From the IMG/VR virus record IMGVR_UViG_3300049629_000752: 64,000 bases of DNA; one strand, 5' to 3'. Positions 47,950 through 57,419 of this stretch are shown here, one piece after another; the first letter of the stretch is position 1; the number at the start of each line of letters is the position of its first letter. The DNA is from an uncultured virus (IMG/VR IMGVR_UViG_3300049629_000752) (lineage: Duplodnaviria > Heunggongvirae > Uroviricota > Caudoviricetes). The notes beneath the pieces are model-generated. The model made no database searches and had not been told where the DNA came from. It saw only the letters and a list, made by a program, of their open reading frames with translations. A program made the position numbers and the translations under genes.

Positions 47950-49509
47950 ATGAAGTTAGGACGTTCATCTAAAGTGTATCTTGTAAGTATATCTGCAGTA
48001 GCAGCAGCATCTATTGTATTGCCAACTCAAATGCCAGTTGCTCAAAATAATGTAACTGATTACACAATAACTAGAACCGCATGCCCAAAATCAAAAGTGG
48101 GCAAAGTAGAAAAAAATAGAATTTGCCTAAAAGACGGATCTACATACAGATGGGCAATTAAAAAGACTCCAGTTACAAATACAACAATAACCCCAACACC
48201 TACTCCAACTAATGTTGAGGTTTCTACAAATAAAAAATATTTTTCAAGTCCATGCGAATTAGATCCCAATACCCCTGCTGAGTGGAAAGACTTTGAGAGA
48301 AAGCATATTAATGGAGGCGGATGCCTTAGTCCGTTTAGAGTACCATCTACTTCAGAGTTAACATCTGTTCCTAAAACACAGAATAGTTTTATTGCTAATA
48401 ATATTTCAGAATGTAAATTAAACCACAATCCACAAAAACAAAATACTATAGGGTTTAAAGATGCTGATAAGTTTTGGTCAGAAAACCTAAAGCATCCTTC
48501 TCCAAATACGGTGTATCAGGTAATTCCTTTGTATTCCAATGATATTCCAAATTCAAATACTAAGCCATCTGATGATTTTAAAAAATATTTTGACTTTCTT
48601 GTTGATTGGACAAAGCAGGCATCAGATAATGGTTCAAATATACAGATAAGAGTACCAGATAACTATTTGTATTTTCCTGGAAACATATCTTCTTATAATT
48701 TAATACATGACAGAAAGCAATCAGATGCACAAAGATTTTCTTCTGATTTGATAAAGGCTGTAGATTCTCAGATTAATTTTTCTGGATCACACATTGTGCT
48801 AGTTTTATTTCCTCCATCCACTAATAAAATAGTTGGTGATCAGGTAGGAATTGGTACAATAAGAACAAATGAGGGTCCTGTTACTATTTCTGTTATGCCA
48901 AGTGGTGGCAATATTGCACAAGAAAGAAATTTCTCTTTCCCTACTTGGTGGATTCATGAGTTAATGCATGTCGGTATTGGCTTTGACGATAACAGTCACT
49001 CTCAGCCAGATTCTCCTCAATGGTGGGGACTTATTAACTGGGCATCAGCCTATGATCTTTTGACTTGGCATAAGTGGATCGCTGGATATATTTCTGACTC
49101 ACAAGTTATATGTTTAGATAAAAATCGTGAATCTGTTGCATATATATCTCCATCTACAGTTAAAAGTACAAGAAGTAAGTCAATAATTATTCCAATAGAT
49201 AGACAAAGGGCTATAGTAATTGAATCGCAAAGGTCTGAAGGTATTAACTATAAGTTACCGAAAGTTTCTGAGGGCGCTTTGGTTTATGTTGTAAATACAT
49301 CATTAACTTCACATGCAGATGGCATAAGATTAGTTTTACCAGAAAATAAAAAAATGATACAAGCATCAAACATGGACAATAAATCTCCTGGACAAAACTC
49401 TAATGCGTCTTTAAAATTAGGAGAAACTGCAGTGTATAATGGAATTAGAATAACTGTGGTTGAGTCAGGAAGTTTTGGGGATGTGATAAAGATTGAGCCA
49501 GCACGATGA
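47950..49509 (+). CDS. Secreted zinc metallopeptidase (M6-like)
   Basis: N-terminal hydrophobic signal, TPTPTPT linker, HELMH, WHKWIAGYI, GALVYVV. Confidence 0.75.
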   Translation: MKLGRSSKVYLVSISAVAAASIVLPTQMPVAQNNVTDYTITRTACPKSKVGKVEKNRICLKDGSTYRWAIKKTPVTNTTITPTPTPTNVEVSTNKKYFSSPCELDPNTPAEWKDFERKHINGGGCLSPFRVPSTSELTSVPKTQNSFIANNISECKLNHNPQKQNTIGFKDADKFWSENLKHPSPNTVYQVIPLYSNDIPNSNTKPSDDFKKYFDFLVDWTKQASDNGSNIQIRVPDNYLYFPGNISSYNLIHDRKQSDAQRFSSDLIKAVDSQINFSGSHIVLVLFPPSTNKIVGDQVGIGTIRTNEGPVTISVMPSGGNIAQERNFSFPTWWIHELMHVGIGFDDNSHSQPDSPQWWGLINWASAYDLLTWHKWIAGYISDSQVICLDKNRESVAYISPSTVKSTRSKSIIIPIDRQRAIVIESQRSEGINYKLPKVSEGALVYVVNTSLTSHADGIRLVLPENKKMIQASNMDNKSPGQNSNASLKLGETAVYNGIRITVVESGSFGDVIKIEPAR

Positions 49510-50200
49510 GATGCTTACTGAGTTTAAGAAGGACTGGGATCTTTGGGAAAACTCAAAATCTGAAAGTTTTTTATATATAAATAAAATAGCAGTCCCTTAT
49601 AAAAGATGGCTTTCTTATATCCCAGTAAAAGAAAATGAATTATTTAAGAACTCTATATTAAAGCCAATAAATCATTATGTTGCTACGCTATATCCCCCAC
49701 CCAGCCTAGTTTCTATTAATGATAATGGATTTATACTTAGGCAGGGAAATCATGCCGAAATGTTTTTATTGATCGATCATTATAGAAGAAGTGGGCAATT
49801 TTATAACATAGACAGACCCTGGATACGACAATATTATAGTTCTAACAAAGAGTACAGTTTGCCACCTGACTGTTTTGACGGTATCTATAGATTTTATGTG
49901 CCTTGGGTTATTGATTATAATGTAGATGTAACATTTAAACAACCAAAGGACAGCCCATTTTATATTTATGAAGAGTCTATGAGGTTTAACAATATACCAA
50001 TAAATACAACGGAAGTAGAGCCTCCTTTCGTTCATTTTCATTTTAAGAATTTAGGACCGCACATGTCCGATGAAGAATTTGGCAAAATAAGAAAGCAATC
50101 CCCAATGTTTGATATTGAGGTTCAAACAACTGATATAATGTTAATAGAGAGAGTTAAGGAGTTTTATGAGTTCACGAAAGATAAAATTTTACCCGTTTAG
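49493..50200 (+). CDS. Hypothetical protein, possibly a remote relative of the next two genes
   Basis: ORF track; weak similarity in FYVPW / PFY / KQSPMFDI segments. Confidence 0.5.
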   Translation: MSQHDEMLTEFKKDWDLWENSKSESFLYINKIAVPYKRWLSYIPVKENELFKNSILKPINHYVATLYPPPSLVSINDNGFILRQGNHAEMFLLIDHYRRSGQFYNIDRPWIRQYYSSNKEYSLPPDCFDGIYRFYVPWVIDYNVDVTFKQPKDSPFYIYEESMRFNNIPINTTEVEPPFVHFHFKNLGPHMSDEEFGKIRKQSPMFDIEVQTTDIMLIERVKEFYEFTKDKILPV

Positions 50201-50894
50201 TGAAGATACAGAAATCTTTACGCCACCGCCAGTTCCAGCATCTAAGTTTGTTCCAGAATGGTACAAGAAGCAGCCTGCTACTGTAGATGAGGAACGAGGA
50301 CTAGCCTCTGGATCTTTCAACGGTACGGTTAAAAAATGTATGCCAGTGTTTGATTTGATGACTGCAGGTTATATCCTATCGCTACCAATGGATGTTTATA
50401 TTGATGCAAGTGATCCAAATAAACTTAATATACAGTGCCCAAACCCAATGAAGAGATTTGGTACAGACATGTTTGCAACTCATTCTCCAGAACAATACAA
50501 TCATTATCCAGTAGACACAGATATGTATCACAAACAACTATTTAGAATTATGCCATTCTGGGCATTTAAAACAGAAAAAGGATATAGCACTTTAGTATTA
50601 CACCCTAATCATCAAGATGATTTACCATTCAAGGCTGTAGGTGGTTTTGTAGATACAGATAAATTTATAACTGACGGACACTTCTCATTCTTTATTAAAA
50701 AGGGATTTGTTGGAGTAATAAAGCAGGGAACTCCGTTAGTTCAGATTATACCTATGAAAAGAGAAGACTGGGAGTCAGAGGTTGTATCTCATGAACAAGT
50801 TAAAAAAGAAATAGGATATCAAAGAATTTATTTAAGATCAACATTCAGCAATGGATATAAGAATAAATTCAGAAGCATGAAAAGATTTAGATGA
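50166..50894 (+). CDS. DUF6065-like (dUTPase-like beta-fold) protein, paralog 1
   Basis: PEWYK, KKCMPVFDLMTAGY, GYSTL..HP, IKQGTPLVQIIPMKREDW. Confidence 0.6.
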   Translation: MSSRKIKFYPFSEDTEIFTPPPVPASKFVPEWYKKQPATVDEERGLASGSFNGTVKKCMPVFDLMTAGYILSLPMDVYIDASDPNKLNIQCPNPMKRFGTDMFATHSPEQYNHYPVDTDMYHKQLFRIMPFWAFKTEKGYSTLVLHPNHQDDLPFKAVGGFVDTDKFITDGHFSFFIKKGFVGVIKQGTPLVQIIPMKREDWESEVVSHEQVKKEIGYQRIYLRSTFSNGYKNKFRSMKRFR

Positions 50895-51673
50895 GTGATC
50901 AGCCTCTAGATATAGTATTTACACCAGCACTAAATGCACAACCACACTGGTCTGTATGTCAGGTTGCTCCAGAACCAGCAGTCAAACATGTTCCAGAATG
51001 GTATAAGAGTCTAGCAAAACATGATAACTGGAATGATGACAGATATTTAAACCCAGTTAATCACCTAGGTTCAGATGGTGCTCAAGTTGCAACAAAAATG
51101 TGTTTGCCATTTTTTGATGCACTAACCGCTGGATATATGTATTTATTGGAAGATGATTTGCATGTGGAGTTGGATCCAGATGGAAGGCCTAAGTTATCTT
51201 GGAATGGAAGCATAATGCTTTTAGATAAAAGACCAACCAATGATATAGTTGTTCCAGATAACTGTCATCCTATGCACTATGGGTTTAGAATGAATTGGTT
51301 TTACGATACACCTCCTGGATATTCTGTACTAATAACACATCCAATGAATAGGCACGACCTTCCATTTTATACTATGTCTGGAGTTGTTGAATCAGATATA
51401 TGGGGCCTTCCAGTATTTATTGCTTTCTTTTTAAAGCGTGGATTTCAGGGAGTTATACCAAAAGGTACTCCAATTATGCAGATAATACCATTTAAAAGAG
51501 ATAATTGGGAAATGAGTATAGATGAATCTTATGATGCTGTGGACAAAAAATTATTAAAGGCAGAAGACAGAAGATCATTGCTATACGGATATTACAAGAA
51601 AACAACATGGAGAAAAAAGATTTATGGAATAAAGAATATGTTTTCAAAGGATGCAAACCACGACGATGAGTAG
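50891..51673 (+). CDS. DUF6065-like protein, paralog 2
   Basis: PEWYK, KMCLPFFDALTAGY, GYSVLITHP, IPKGTPIMQIIPFKRDNW. Confidence 0.6.
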   Translation: MSDQPLDIVFTPALNAQPHWSVCQVAPEPAVKHVPEWYKSLAKHDNWNDDRYLNPVNHLGSDGAQVATKMCLPFFDALTAGYMYLLEDDLHVELDPDGRPKLSWNGSIMLLDKRPTNDIVVPDNCHPMHYGFRMNWFYDTPPGYSVLITHPMNRHDLPFYTMSGVVESDIWGLPVFIAFFLKRGFQGVIPKGTPIMQIIPFKRDNWEMSIDESYDAVDKKLLKAEDRRSLLYGYYKKTTWRKKIYGIKNMFSKDANHDDE

Positions 51674-52520
51674 CATTGGAGTTGTAATTTATTCATATAA
51701 AGGAAAACTTCTTAAGGAAGTTGTAAAAAGACTGAACGAAAATTCATCCAAAAATAACATCATAAATATATACATAATAGACCAAACACCTATTATTAAA
51801 AATACATATTATGAAGAAATTAAAAATGTAAAATACAGACATAAGTTTTGGGATCACCCATATGGACAATGTCACTATAGATTTGAAGCAACAAAAGATG
51901 TTAAAGAAGATTTTATGTTAATAATTTCTGATAACGTATTTGTTTCTGAAAATTGGGACTCTACCTTAATAGATAATTATAAAGATAATACAGTGATATC
52001 TGGACAAGGGAATCCAAATATAACTAATGATAACTTTTTCTTATATAATAATCCAACCCAATCAGATAGTTTTATGCTGTCTCAGATAGTGAATAAAGAT
52101 TTTATATTTTTAAAAACAGAGTTGTTTAGGAACACCAACTATCCAACATTCTTAAAGTATCGTGGCGAATCAGAGTATTTATCTTTATATTGGTTTACTA
52201 GGGGAGTAGACATATATTCTTGCCCACAGTATCTGTATTCGTTGGAAGGTACAAACTCTATAGATACCCTGTACGTTCCATACTCTATAAATCATAATTA
52301 TAATGAAATGATCAAAGTAATAAAAAATGAAGAAAGTTTATATTTTGAATCGGGAAATAATAGGACTGTCAGTGATTTTATAAATCATCATAAAATTAAT
52401 ATTGATTCTATATTCCCTCTACCATTTTTAACAAATGATGTTGAGTACGATTGTTACAACAACCCATTTGATAAGTTAGACGGTAGAAAGTTTATAGGCA
52501 GATTACACTATATTTACTAA
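51666..52520 (+). CDS. Divergent GT-A fold glycosyltransferase-like protein
   Basis: SIGVVIYSYK start, IYIIDQ, FMLIISDNVFVSENWD, GESEYLSL..FTRGVDIYS. Confidence 0.5.
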   Translation: MSSIGVVIYSYKGKLLKEVVKRLNENSSKNNIINIYIIDQTPIIKNTYYEEIKNVKYRHKFWDHPYGQCHYRFEATKDVKEDFMLIISDNVFVSENWDSTLIDNYKDNTVISGQGNPNITNDNFFLYNNPTQSDSFMLSQIVNKDFIFLKTELFRNTNYPTFLKYRGESEYLSLYWFTRGVDIYSCPQYLYSLEGTNSIDTLYVPYSINHNYNEMIKVIKNEESLYFESGNNRTVSDFINHHKINIDSIFPLPFLTNDVEYDCYNNPFDKLDGRKFIGRLHYIY

Positions 52521-52547
52521 TAGTGTATAATGTTATAAGGAGGAAAA

Positions 52548-53150
52548 ATGCACAGAATACATATTATTGATAATTTTATAGAGCCTATAGATGCTCTAAC
52601 ATTAATACAGCAGCAAAACGATCCTACGGCTATTAGATTGCCTTACCCAGAATACTATAAGGAAAGGTTCGGCGGTACATCATTGCCTTACAACCCAACA
52701 GTAATGTCTATATTAAAAAAGTATGGCGACAAATCAAACGAGGTTCATAAGGAATTGAATGGTTTCAAGAGTCCCATATATGTATTCAAGGCATTTGGAT
52801 CTCATTGGACGACAGGGACAAAAGGTGCACTACATTTAGATGCACAAGACCCAGAGGCGTGGATTGAGTGGAGCACAATTATATATCTCAATGAATCTCC
52901 AGAATACGAAGGCGGAAAAATATTTTTCCCAAACCAAGATTTTATTTATCAACCAAAAAGATATTCAGCAGTATTTTTCCCAAGTGCTGGCAGTGAATAT
53001 ATACATGGAATTACAGAGGTAACATCTGGTCACAGATATACTGCGCTATACATGCATACTTCAAGACCGCAGTATGCAGATCCAGACTTTTTAGGAGAAG
53101 ACAAACACCCAAGATGGAGGGCACCAGAGCATGAATTCAACTACCTATGA
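52548..53150 (+). CDS. 2OG-Fe(II) oxygenase (prolyl-hydroxylase-like)
   Basis: LHLD, STIIYLN, YEGGKIFF, HGITEVTSGHRY. Confidence 0.88.
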   Translation: MHRIHIIDNFIEPIDALTLIQQQNDPTAIRLPYPEYYKERFGGTSLPYNPTVMSILKKYGDKSNEVHKELNGFKSPIYVFKAFGSHWTTGTKGALHLDAQDPEAWIEWSTIIYLNESPEYEGGKIFFPNQDFIYQPKRYSAVFFPSAGSEYIHGITEVTSGHRYTALYMHTSRPQYADPDFLGEDKHPRWRAPEHEFNYL

Positions 53151-53802
53151 TTATGAAATTTTAGATTTAGGGTTAGTATATTATAAGAATGCACTTAAAA
53201 ACCCTCAAGAAATTATTGATATTGTTTCATCTATTGATGAAAAATATAAAAATAATGAACACGGCAACTCCTTTACTGAAGTAAAGCCTTGGCATGCTTG
53301 GCAAAATGAAAGTGCTGGAACATTAGAAACTTTTTGCTGGCAAAAATTTTTCCCTAAGCCAGAAGATGTAAAAGCAAATGATTATTACTATAACGAGCAA
53401 CACTATATATCTAAAAGACTTTATGATGCATTAGATGCTGCAACAAACCACTATGCAAATGTAGTATACCCTTTTGCTGGTAGAAACATAAAATCAAGAG
53501 AATACAGCATACATTTATTAAGATATGAAAAGGGTGGCTATTTACCAGCGCATCAAGATCATGGAGTTAGCAGTAGAGTTTTATCAACAGTTATGTATCT
53601 AAATAATGATTACGATGGTGGTGAAATATGCTTCCCTAATTCTAATGTAAGAATGAAGCCAGAACCTGGTAGCATAATCTATTTCCCATCAAACTATCTT
53701 TATATACATGAAGTTGCACCAATTATAAATGGAACTAGATACTCAATGCCTCATTGGTATCACAACATGAAGACACCAATAATGTCGACTGGCCAGGAAT
53801 AA
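53131..53802 (+). CDS. 2OG-Fe(II) oxygenase (prolyl-hydroxylase-like)
   Basis: HQD, STVMYLNNDYDGGEICF, HEVAPIINGTRY. Confidence 0.9.
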   Translation: MNSTTYDYEILDLGLVYYKNALKNPQEIIDIVSSIDEKYKNNEHGNSFTEVKPWHAWQNESAGTLETFCWQKFFPKPEDVKANDYYYNEQHYISKRLYDALDAATNHYANVVYPFAGRNIKSREYSIHLLRYEKGGYLPAHQDHGVSSRVLSTVMYLNNDYDGGEICFPNSNVRMKPEPGSIIYFPSNYLYIHEVAPIINGTRYSMPHWYHNMKTPIMSTGQE

Positions 53803-54491
53803 TGCGATTTTATGAAAATTATTTACTAGACAATCCAGATATAGCGCCAATCTTTTGGCATAAAGATGGCATGCCAGATTATAAAAAACATATTGACAAA
53901 AATGATATAGTCTATAAATTAAATTCTAAGGGGCTTAGGTGTGATGAATTAATAAAAGATCATACAGGCAAAACCCATATATTATTTAATGGATGTTCTA
54001 TAACTGCTGGCATAGGGGTAAACATAGAAGATACATGGGCATATAATGTATATTCTGATTTTAAAAATACCTCTGGCTTTTTTAACATATCTTTACCAGG
54101 CGGATCTATAATAGAAATTATTATTAATACCATAAAGTATGTTGAGTCTTACGGGGTGCCAAATTATATTTTTATTTTACTACCGCCAATACATAGGGAA
54201 TCTAGATACATTAAAAAAGATTTTATAAATAATTTTATATATAATAATTATTATATATTAGAAAATTATTGTAAGAAAAACAATATAACTCTTTTATCTA
54301 CTTCTTGGGCAGATAAAAAAAATTATCAAATGCTTGAACAGTTTAAAACGTTTAGGTCTCCAGATTTTGATAAGATAGAATACTATGGCGATAGCCTGCA
54401 CGGAGATGACAACCATCACCCTGGAAAAAGTATTCATCAGTTCTGGTATAATCAATTTAAGGACAGATATGAAAATTCTTGGAATAAATGA
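53802..54491 (+). CDS. SGNH/GDSL-like hydrolase or acyltransferase
   Basis: LNSKGLR, FNGCSITAGIG, N.SLPGGS, D..HPG. Confidence 0.65.
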   Translation: MRFYENYLLDNPDIAPIFWHKDGMPDYKKHIDKNDIVYKLNSKGLRCDELIKDHTGKTHILFNGCSITAGIGVNIEDTWAYNVYSDFKNTSGFFNISLPGGSIIEIIINTIKYVESYGVPNYIFILLPPIHRESRYIKKDFINNFIYNNYYILENYCKKNNITLLSTSWADKKNYQMLEQFKTFRSPDFDKIEYYGDSLHGDDNHHPGKSIHQFWYNQFKDRYENSWNK

Positions 54492-55905
54492 AACAACACA
54501 TGACGCCTCTATTTCTTTAATAGAGGATGGTGAGATACTGTTTGCTGGACACGCAGAAAGATTTAGCAAACAAAAAAATGACTGGTTTAATAATGATAGC
54601 ATTATTGATTATGCTCTACAGTTTGGTAAACCAGATAGGGTTGCTTACTATGAAAATAGGTGGTTAAAGAAATTAAGAATATCAACTCGTGGTGGTTTTG
54701 GTGGGGGGAAGCCGTATTATTTAGATCGTAAAGATTTAAGATGGATTCCAAGAGAGTCATTTAGCCATCACTATTCTCATGCAGCAGCAGGTTATTACAC
54801 AAGTAATTTTCAAAATGCAGTCATAGTTGTTTTAGATGCAATCGGAGAATATAATACCTCAACAGTTTGGGTTGGTAATGGATCAAACATTAGGCAAGTT
54901 TATAAACAAAACTATCCACTAAGTTTCGGTTTGTTTTATTCAGCATTTACTCAGTTAGTTGGACTAAAACCAAACGAAGAAGAATATATTTTTATGGGTA
55001 TGGCTGCCTACGGTGACTGGACAAAGTATTATATAAAAGTAAAAGAATATTTTCCAAACATACATGAACAAAAGTATGCTTTTCATAATGGAATTTTAGA
55101 TTGGGGAATAGAGATATCACAACAGGATAAGTTTGACATTGCTGCAGCAGTACAAAGAGTATACGAAGATAGACTTGTTAATTTTATGGCAATGGCACAA
55201 AAACTTACTGGAGAAAAAAATCTTGTGTTTATGGGTGGGTGTGCCCTAAATTGTTCTGCCAATACTATGCTTTGGAGAATGTTTGATAATGTGTGGATTA
55301 TGCCAAACCCAGGCGATGCTGGTTCATCACTTGGTGCAGCAGCCGCTGCATACGGTAATCATATAAATTGGCAAACCCCATATCTTGGATATGATTTAGG
55401 CGGAGAGTATCCAGTAACAGAAATAATTACCGAATTAATTAGAAACAAGGTAGCAGCAGTAGCAACTGGAAAGGCTGAATATGGTCCAAGGGCTTTGGGT
55501 AATAGATCAATTTTGGCAGATCCAAGAGACCCTAACATTAAAGATAAAGTTAATTTAATCAAGAAGAGGGAACTATTTAGACCCTTTGCACCAGTAGTTA
55601 TGGAGGAGCATGCAAGCAAATGGTTTGATATGAAGTTTACTTCTCCGTATATGCAGTATGCGGTTAAATGTTTACAGCCTGAAAAGATTCCATCAGTAGT
55701 TCATAAAGACGGAACATCCAGAGTTCAAACAGTAAATGAAAAGCAACATCCTGGTTTATATGCTGTACTATCTAATTGGTATACGCTTACTGGAGTTCCA
55801 GTATTACTAAATACTAGTTTAAATATCAAAGGGCAACCATTGCTTAATGACGAAACAGATATAGTTAATTGGGAAAATACATATAACACAAGGATAGTTA
55901 GATGA
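54469..55905 (+). CDS. Carbamoyltransferase (NodU/CmcH/TobZ family)
   Basis: ILGIN..HDAS, ERFSKQK, HHYSHAA, GGCALN, EYGPRALGNRSILADP, RELFRPFAP, LLNTSLN. Confidence 0.93.
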   Translation: MKILGINETTHDASISLIEDGEILFAGHAERFSKQKNDWFNNDSIIDYALQFGKPDRVAYYENRWLKKLRISTRGGFGGGKPYYLDRKDLRWIPRESFSHHYSHAAAGYYTSNFQNAVIVVLDAIGEYNTSTVWVGNGSNIRQVYKQNYPLSFGLFYSAFTQLVGLKPNEEEYIFMGMAAYGDWTKYYIKVKEYFPNIHEQKYAFHNGILDWGIEISQQDKFDIAAAVQRVYEDRLVNFMAMAQKLTGEKNLVFMGGCALNCSANTMLWRMFDNVWIMPNPGDAGSSLGAAAAAYGNHINWQTPYLGYDLGGEYPVTEIITELIRNKVAAVATGKAEYGPRALGNRSILADPRDPNIKDKVNLIKKRELFRPFAPVVMEEHASKWFDMKFTSPYMQYAVKCLQPEKIPSVVHKDGTSRVQTVNEKQHPGLYAVLSNWYTLTGVPVLLNTSLNIKGQPLLNDETDIVNWENTYNTRIVR

Positions 55906-56627
55906 CAAAAAAGGTTGTATTTGCAGCCACCCCAATAGGCGACAACTCTCATATTGCTATTGCATTACAGGAGTACCTAAAGATAACTGATATAGCAATA
56001 GTTGAAACTGAAAAAGTATTTAAAAAATTTTGTTTGGAAAATGGTGCAAATATTTCACAAATATACGAAACTAAGGATAATATTAAGCAAATATTGGAAG
56101 TAATACTTAATGGATTGAAGGAAGATAAAAATATTCTTGTAGTTTCAAATGACGGCTATCCCACAATACAAGACTCTGGTATTGAATTATTACACAACTT
56201 AATTAGAATGGGAATAGATATAGACCTCATTCCTGGACCAAACTCGGTTTTGCAAGCATTGTTTTTTTCTGGTTTTGAAGGAAATAGGGGAGAATTTTAT
56301 TTTGCAGGAAGGATCCCACAAGATAATACTTTAAATTTTTTAAATAATATAAAATCTTTAGATTGTCCTATTATTTTTATTTGTATTCCATTTTTGGATA
56401 AGTACATTGATGACATTGCAACAGTTTTTCCAGACAGAGATTTAGCGGTTTGTTGTGATATAAGTAAGCCGACACAAAAAATATTGAGGGGCAAGAGCAA
56501 AGAAATGAAAGAAATTTTAGAAAAACATAGAAAATTTCCATTTCATTTTGATATAATAAATGGATGGAAAACTAATATTCTTATGTTTTATTCTTATTAT
56601 ACACTTGTAATCTCTCAATCAAAATGA
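55902..56627 (+). CDS. RsmI-like SAM-dependent methyltransferase (tetrapyrrole methylase fold)
   Basis: ATPIGD, VSNDGYPTIQDSG, IPGPNSV..AL..SG, DISK. Confidence 0.75.
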   Translation: MTKKVVFAATPIGDNSHIAIALQEYLKITDIAIVETEKVFKKFCLENGANISQIYETKDNIKQILEVILNGLKEDKNILVVSNDGYPTIQDSGIELLHNLIRMGIDIDLIPGPNSVLQALFFSGFEGNRGEFYFAGRIPQDNTLNFLNNIKSLDCPIIFICIPFLDKYIDDIATVFPDRDLAVCCDISKPTQKILRGKSKEMKEILEKHRKFPFHFDIINGWKTNILMFYSYYTLVISQSK

Positions 56628-56649
56628 TACTATATATATAGGAGGAAAA

Positions 56650-56868
56650 ATGGAATCAAAGAAAAAGAGTCTGCTAAAAACACTCAGTTGGGAGACATTT
56701 CACTTAGTGGGTGTTGCAGGAATTATTGCAATAATTACATATATGATTACTGGAGAGGTAGAGTATGAATATGCCACTCTTGGAGCGCTTGGATATATTT
56801 TGTGGGAGTCTTTGGGCTATTACTTACATGAAAGAGTATGGGCTAAATACGGAAAGAAGGTTGGATGA
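56650..56868 (+). CDS. DUF2061-like small membrane protein (second copy)
   Basis: KSLLKTLSW...YYLHERVW; SD AGGAGG. Confidence 0.7.
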   Translation: MESKKKSLLKTLSWETFHLVGVAGIIAIITYMITGEVEYEYATLGALGYILWESLGYYLHERVWAKYGKKVG

Positions 56869-56972
56869 TGCGTATTAGAATTATTAGATTTATCGCAAGC
56901 ATGCTTGGGTATGAGTTAAGTTCTGCTCCCCGTGGCATTACAGTTTGGCAATTGAGGAAGAAAAAGAAATAG
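56865..56972 (+). CDS. Putative 35-aa basic peptide (not in ORF track)
   Basis: MMRIRIIRFIASMLGYELSSAPRGITVWQLRKKKK; overlaps upstream stop and downstream GTG. Confidence 0.45.
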   Translation: MMRIRIIRFIASMLGYELSSAPRGITVWQLRKKKK

Positions 56973-57157
56973 TGCCAGCATATGAATATGACTGCATGTC
57001 CTGTGCTGTGCGGTACACCAAAGTAAGATCTATGTCAGAATCAGATCCAGGGTATAGTTGTGAGACTTGCAATAAACCCTTAGTTCGTGTATACTCAAGT
57101 ATAGGGGTTACTTTTAACGGCTCTGGATTCTATAAAACTGACAATAGAAAGGTATAA
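56972..57157 (+). CDS. FmdB-family zinc-ribbon protein
   Basis: (M)PAYEYDCMSC...CETC...GVTFNGSGFYKTD; GTG start 56972. Confidence 0.85.
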   Translation: MPAYEYDCMSCAVRYTKVRSMSESDPGYSCETCNKPLVRVYSSIGVTFNGSGFYKTDNRKV

Positions 57158-57158
57158 T

Positions 57159-57419
57159 ATGTTTAGTATGCTTAAGAATAAAGAAGAAGGCGATGTCTGG
57201 TTGCTTGATGCCACTGACAGATGTGATCGCTGTGGCGCACAGGCGTATGTAAAAGTTATTGGGAAAAACAACTATGACCTATTATTTTGTGGACATCACT
57301 ACAATAAGTCAGTAGACAATGCCGTAGGGTATGATAACTTAATGAAATTTGCATTACAAATAGTTGATGAAAGATCAAGACTAGACGAGAACAGAACCAA
57401 GGGAGAATCCTATTCATGA
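57159..57419 (+). CDS. Actinobacterial-type small zinc-binding protein
   Basis: DRCDRCGAQAYV...LLFCGHH...DER. Confidence 0.7.
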   Translation: MFSMLKNKEEGDVWLLDATDRCDRCGAQAYVKVIGKNNYDLLFCGHHYNKSVDNAVGYDNLMKFALQIVDERSRLDENRTKGESYS

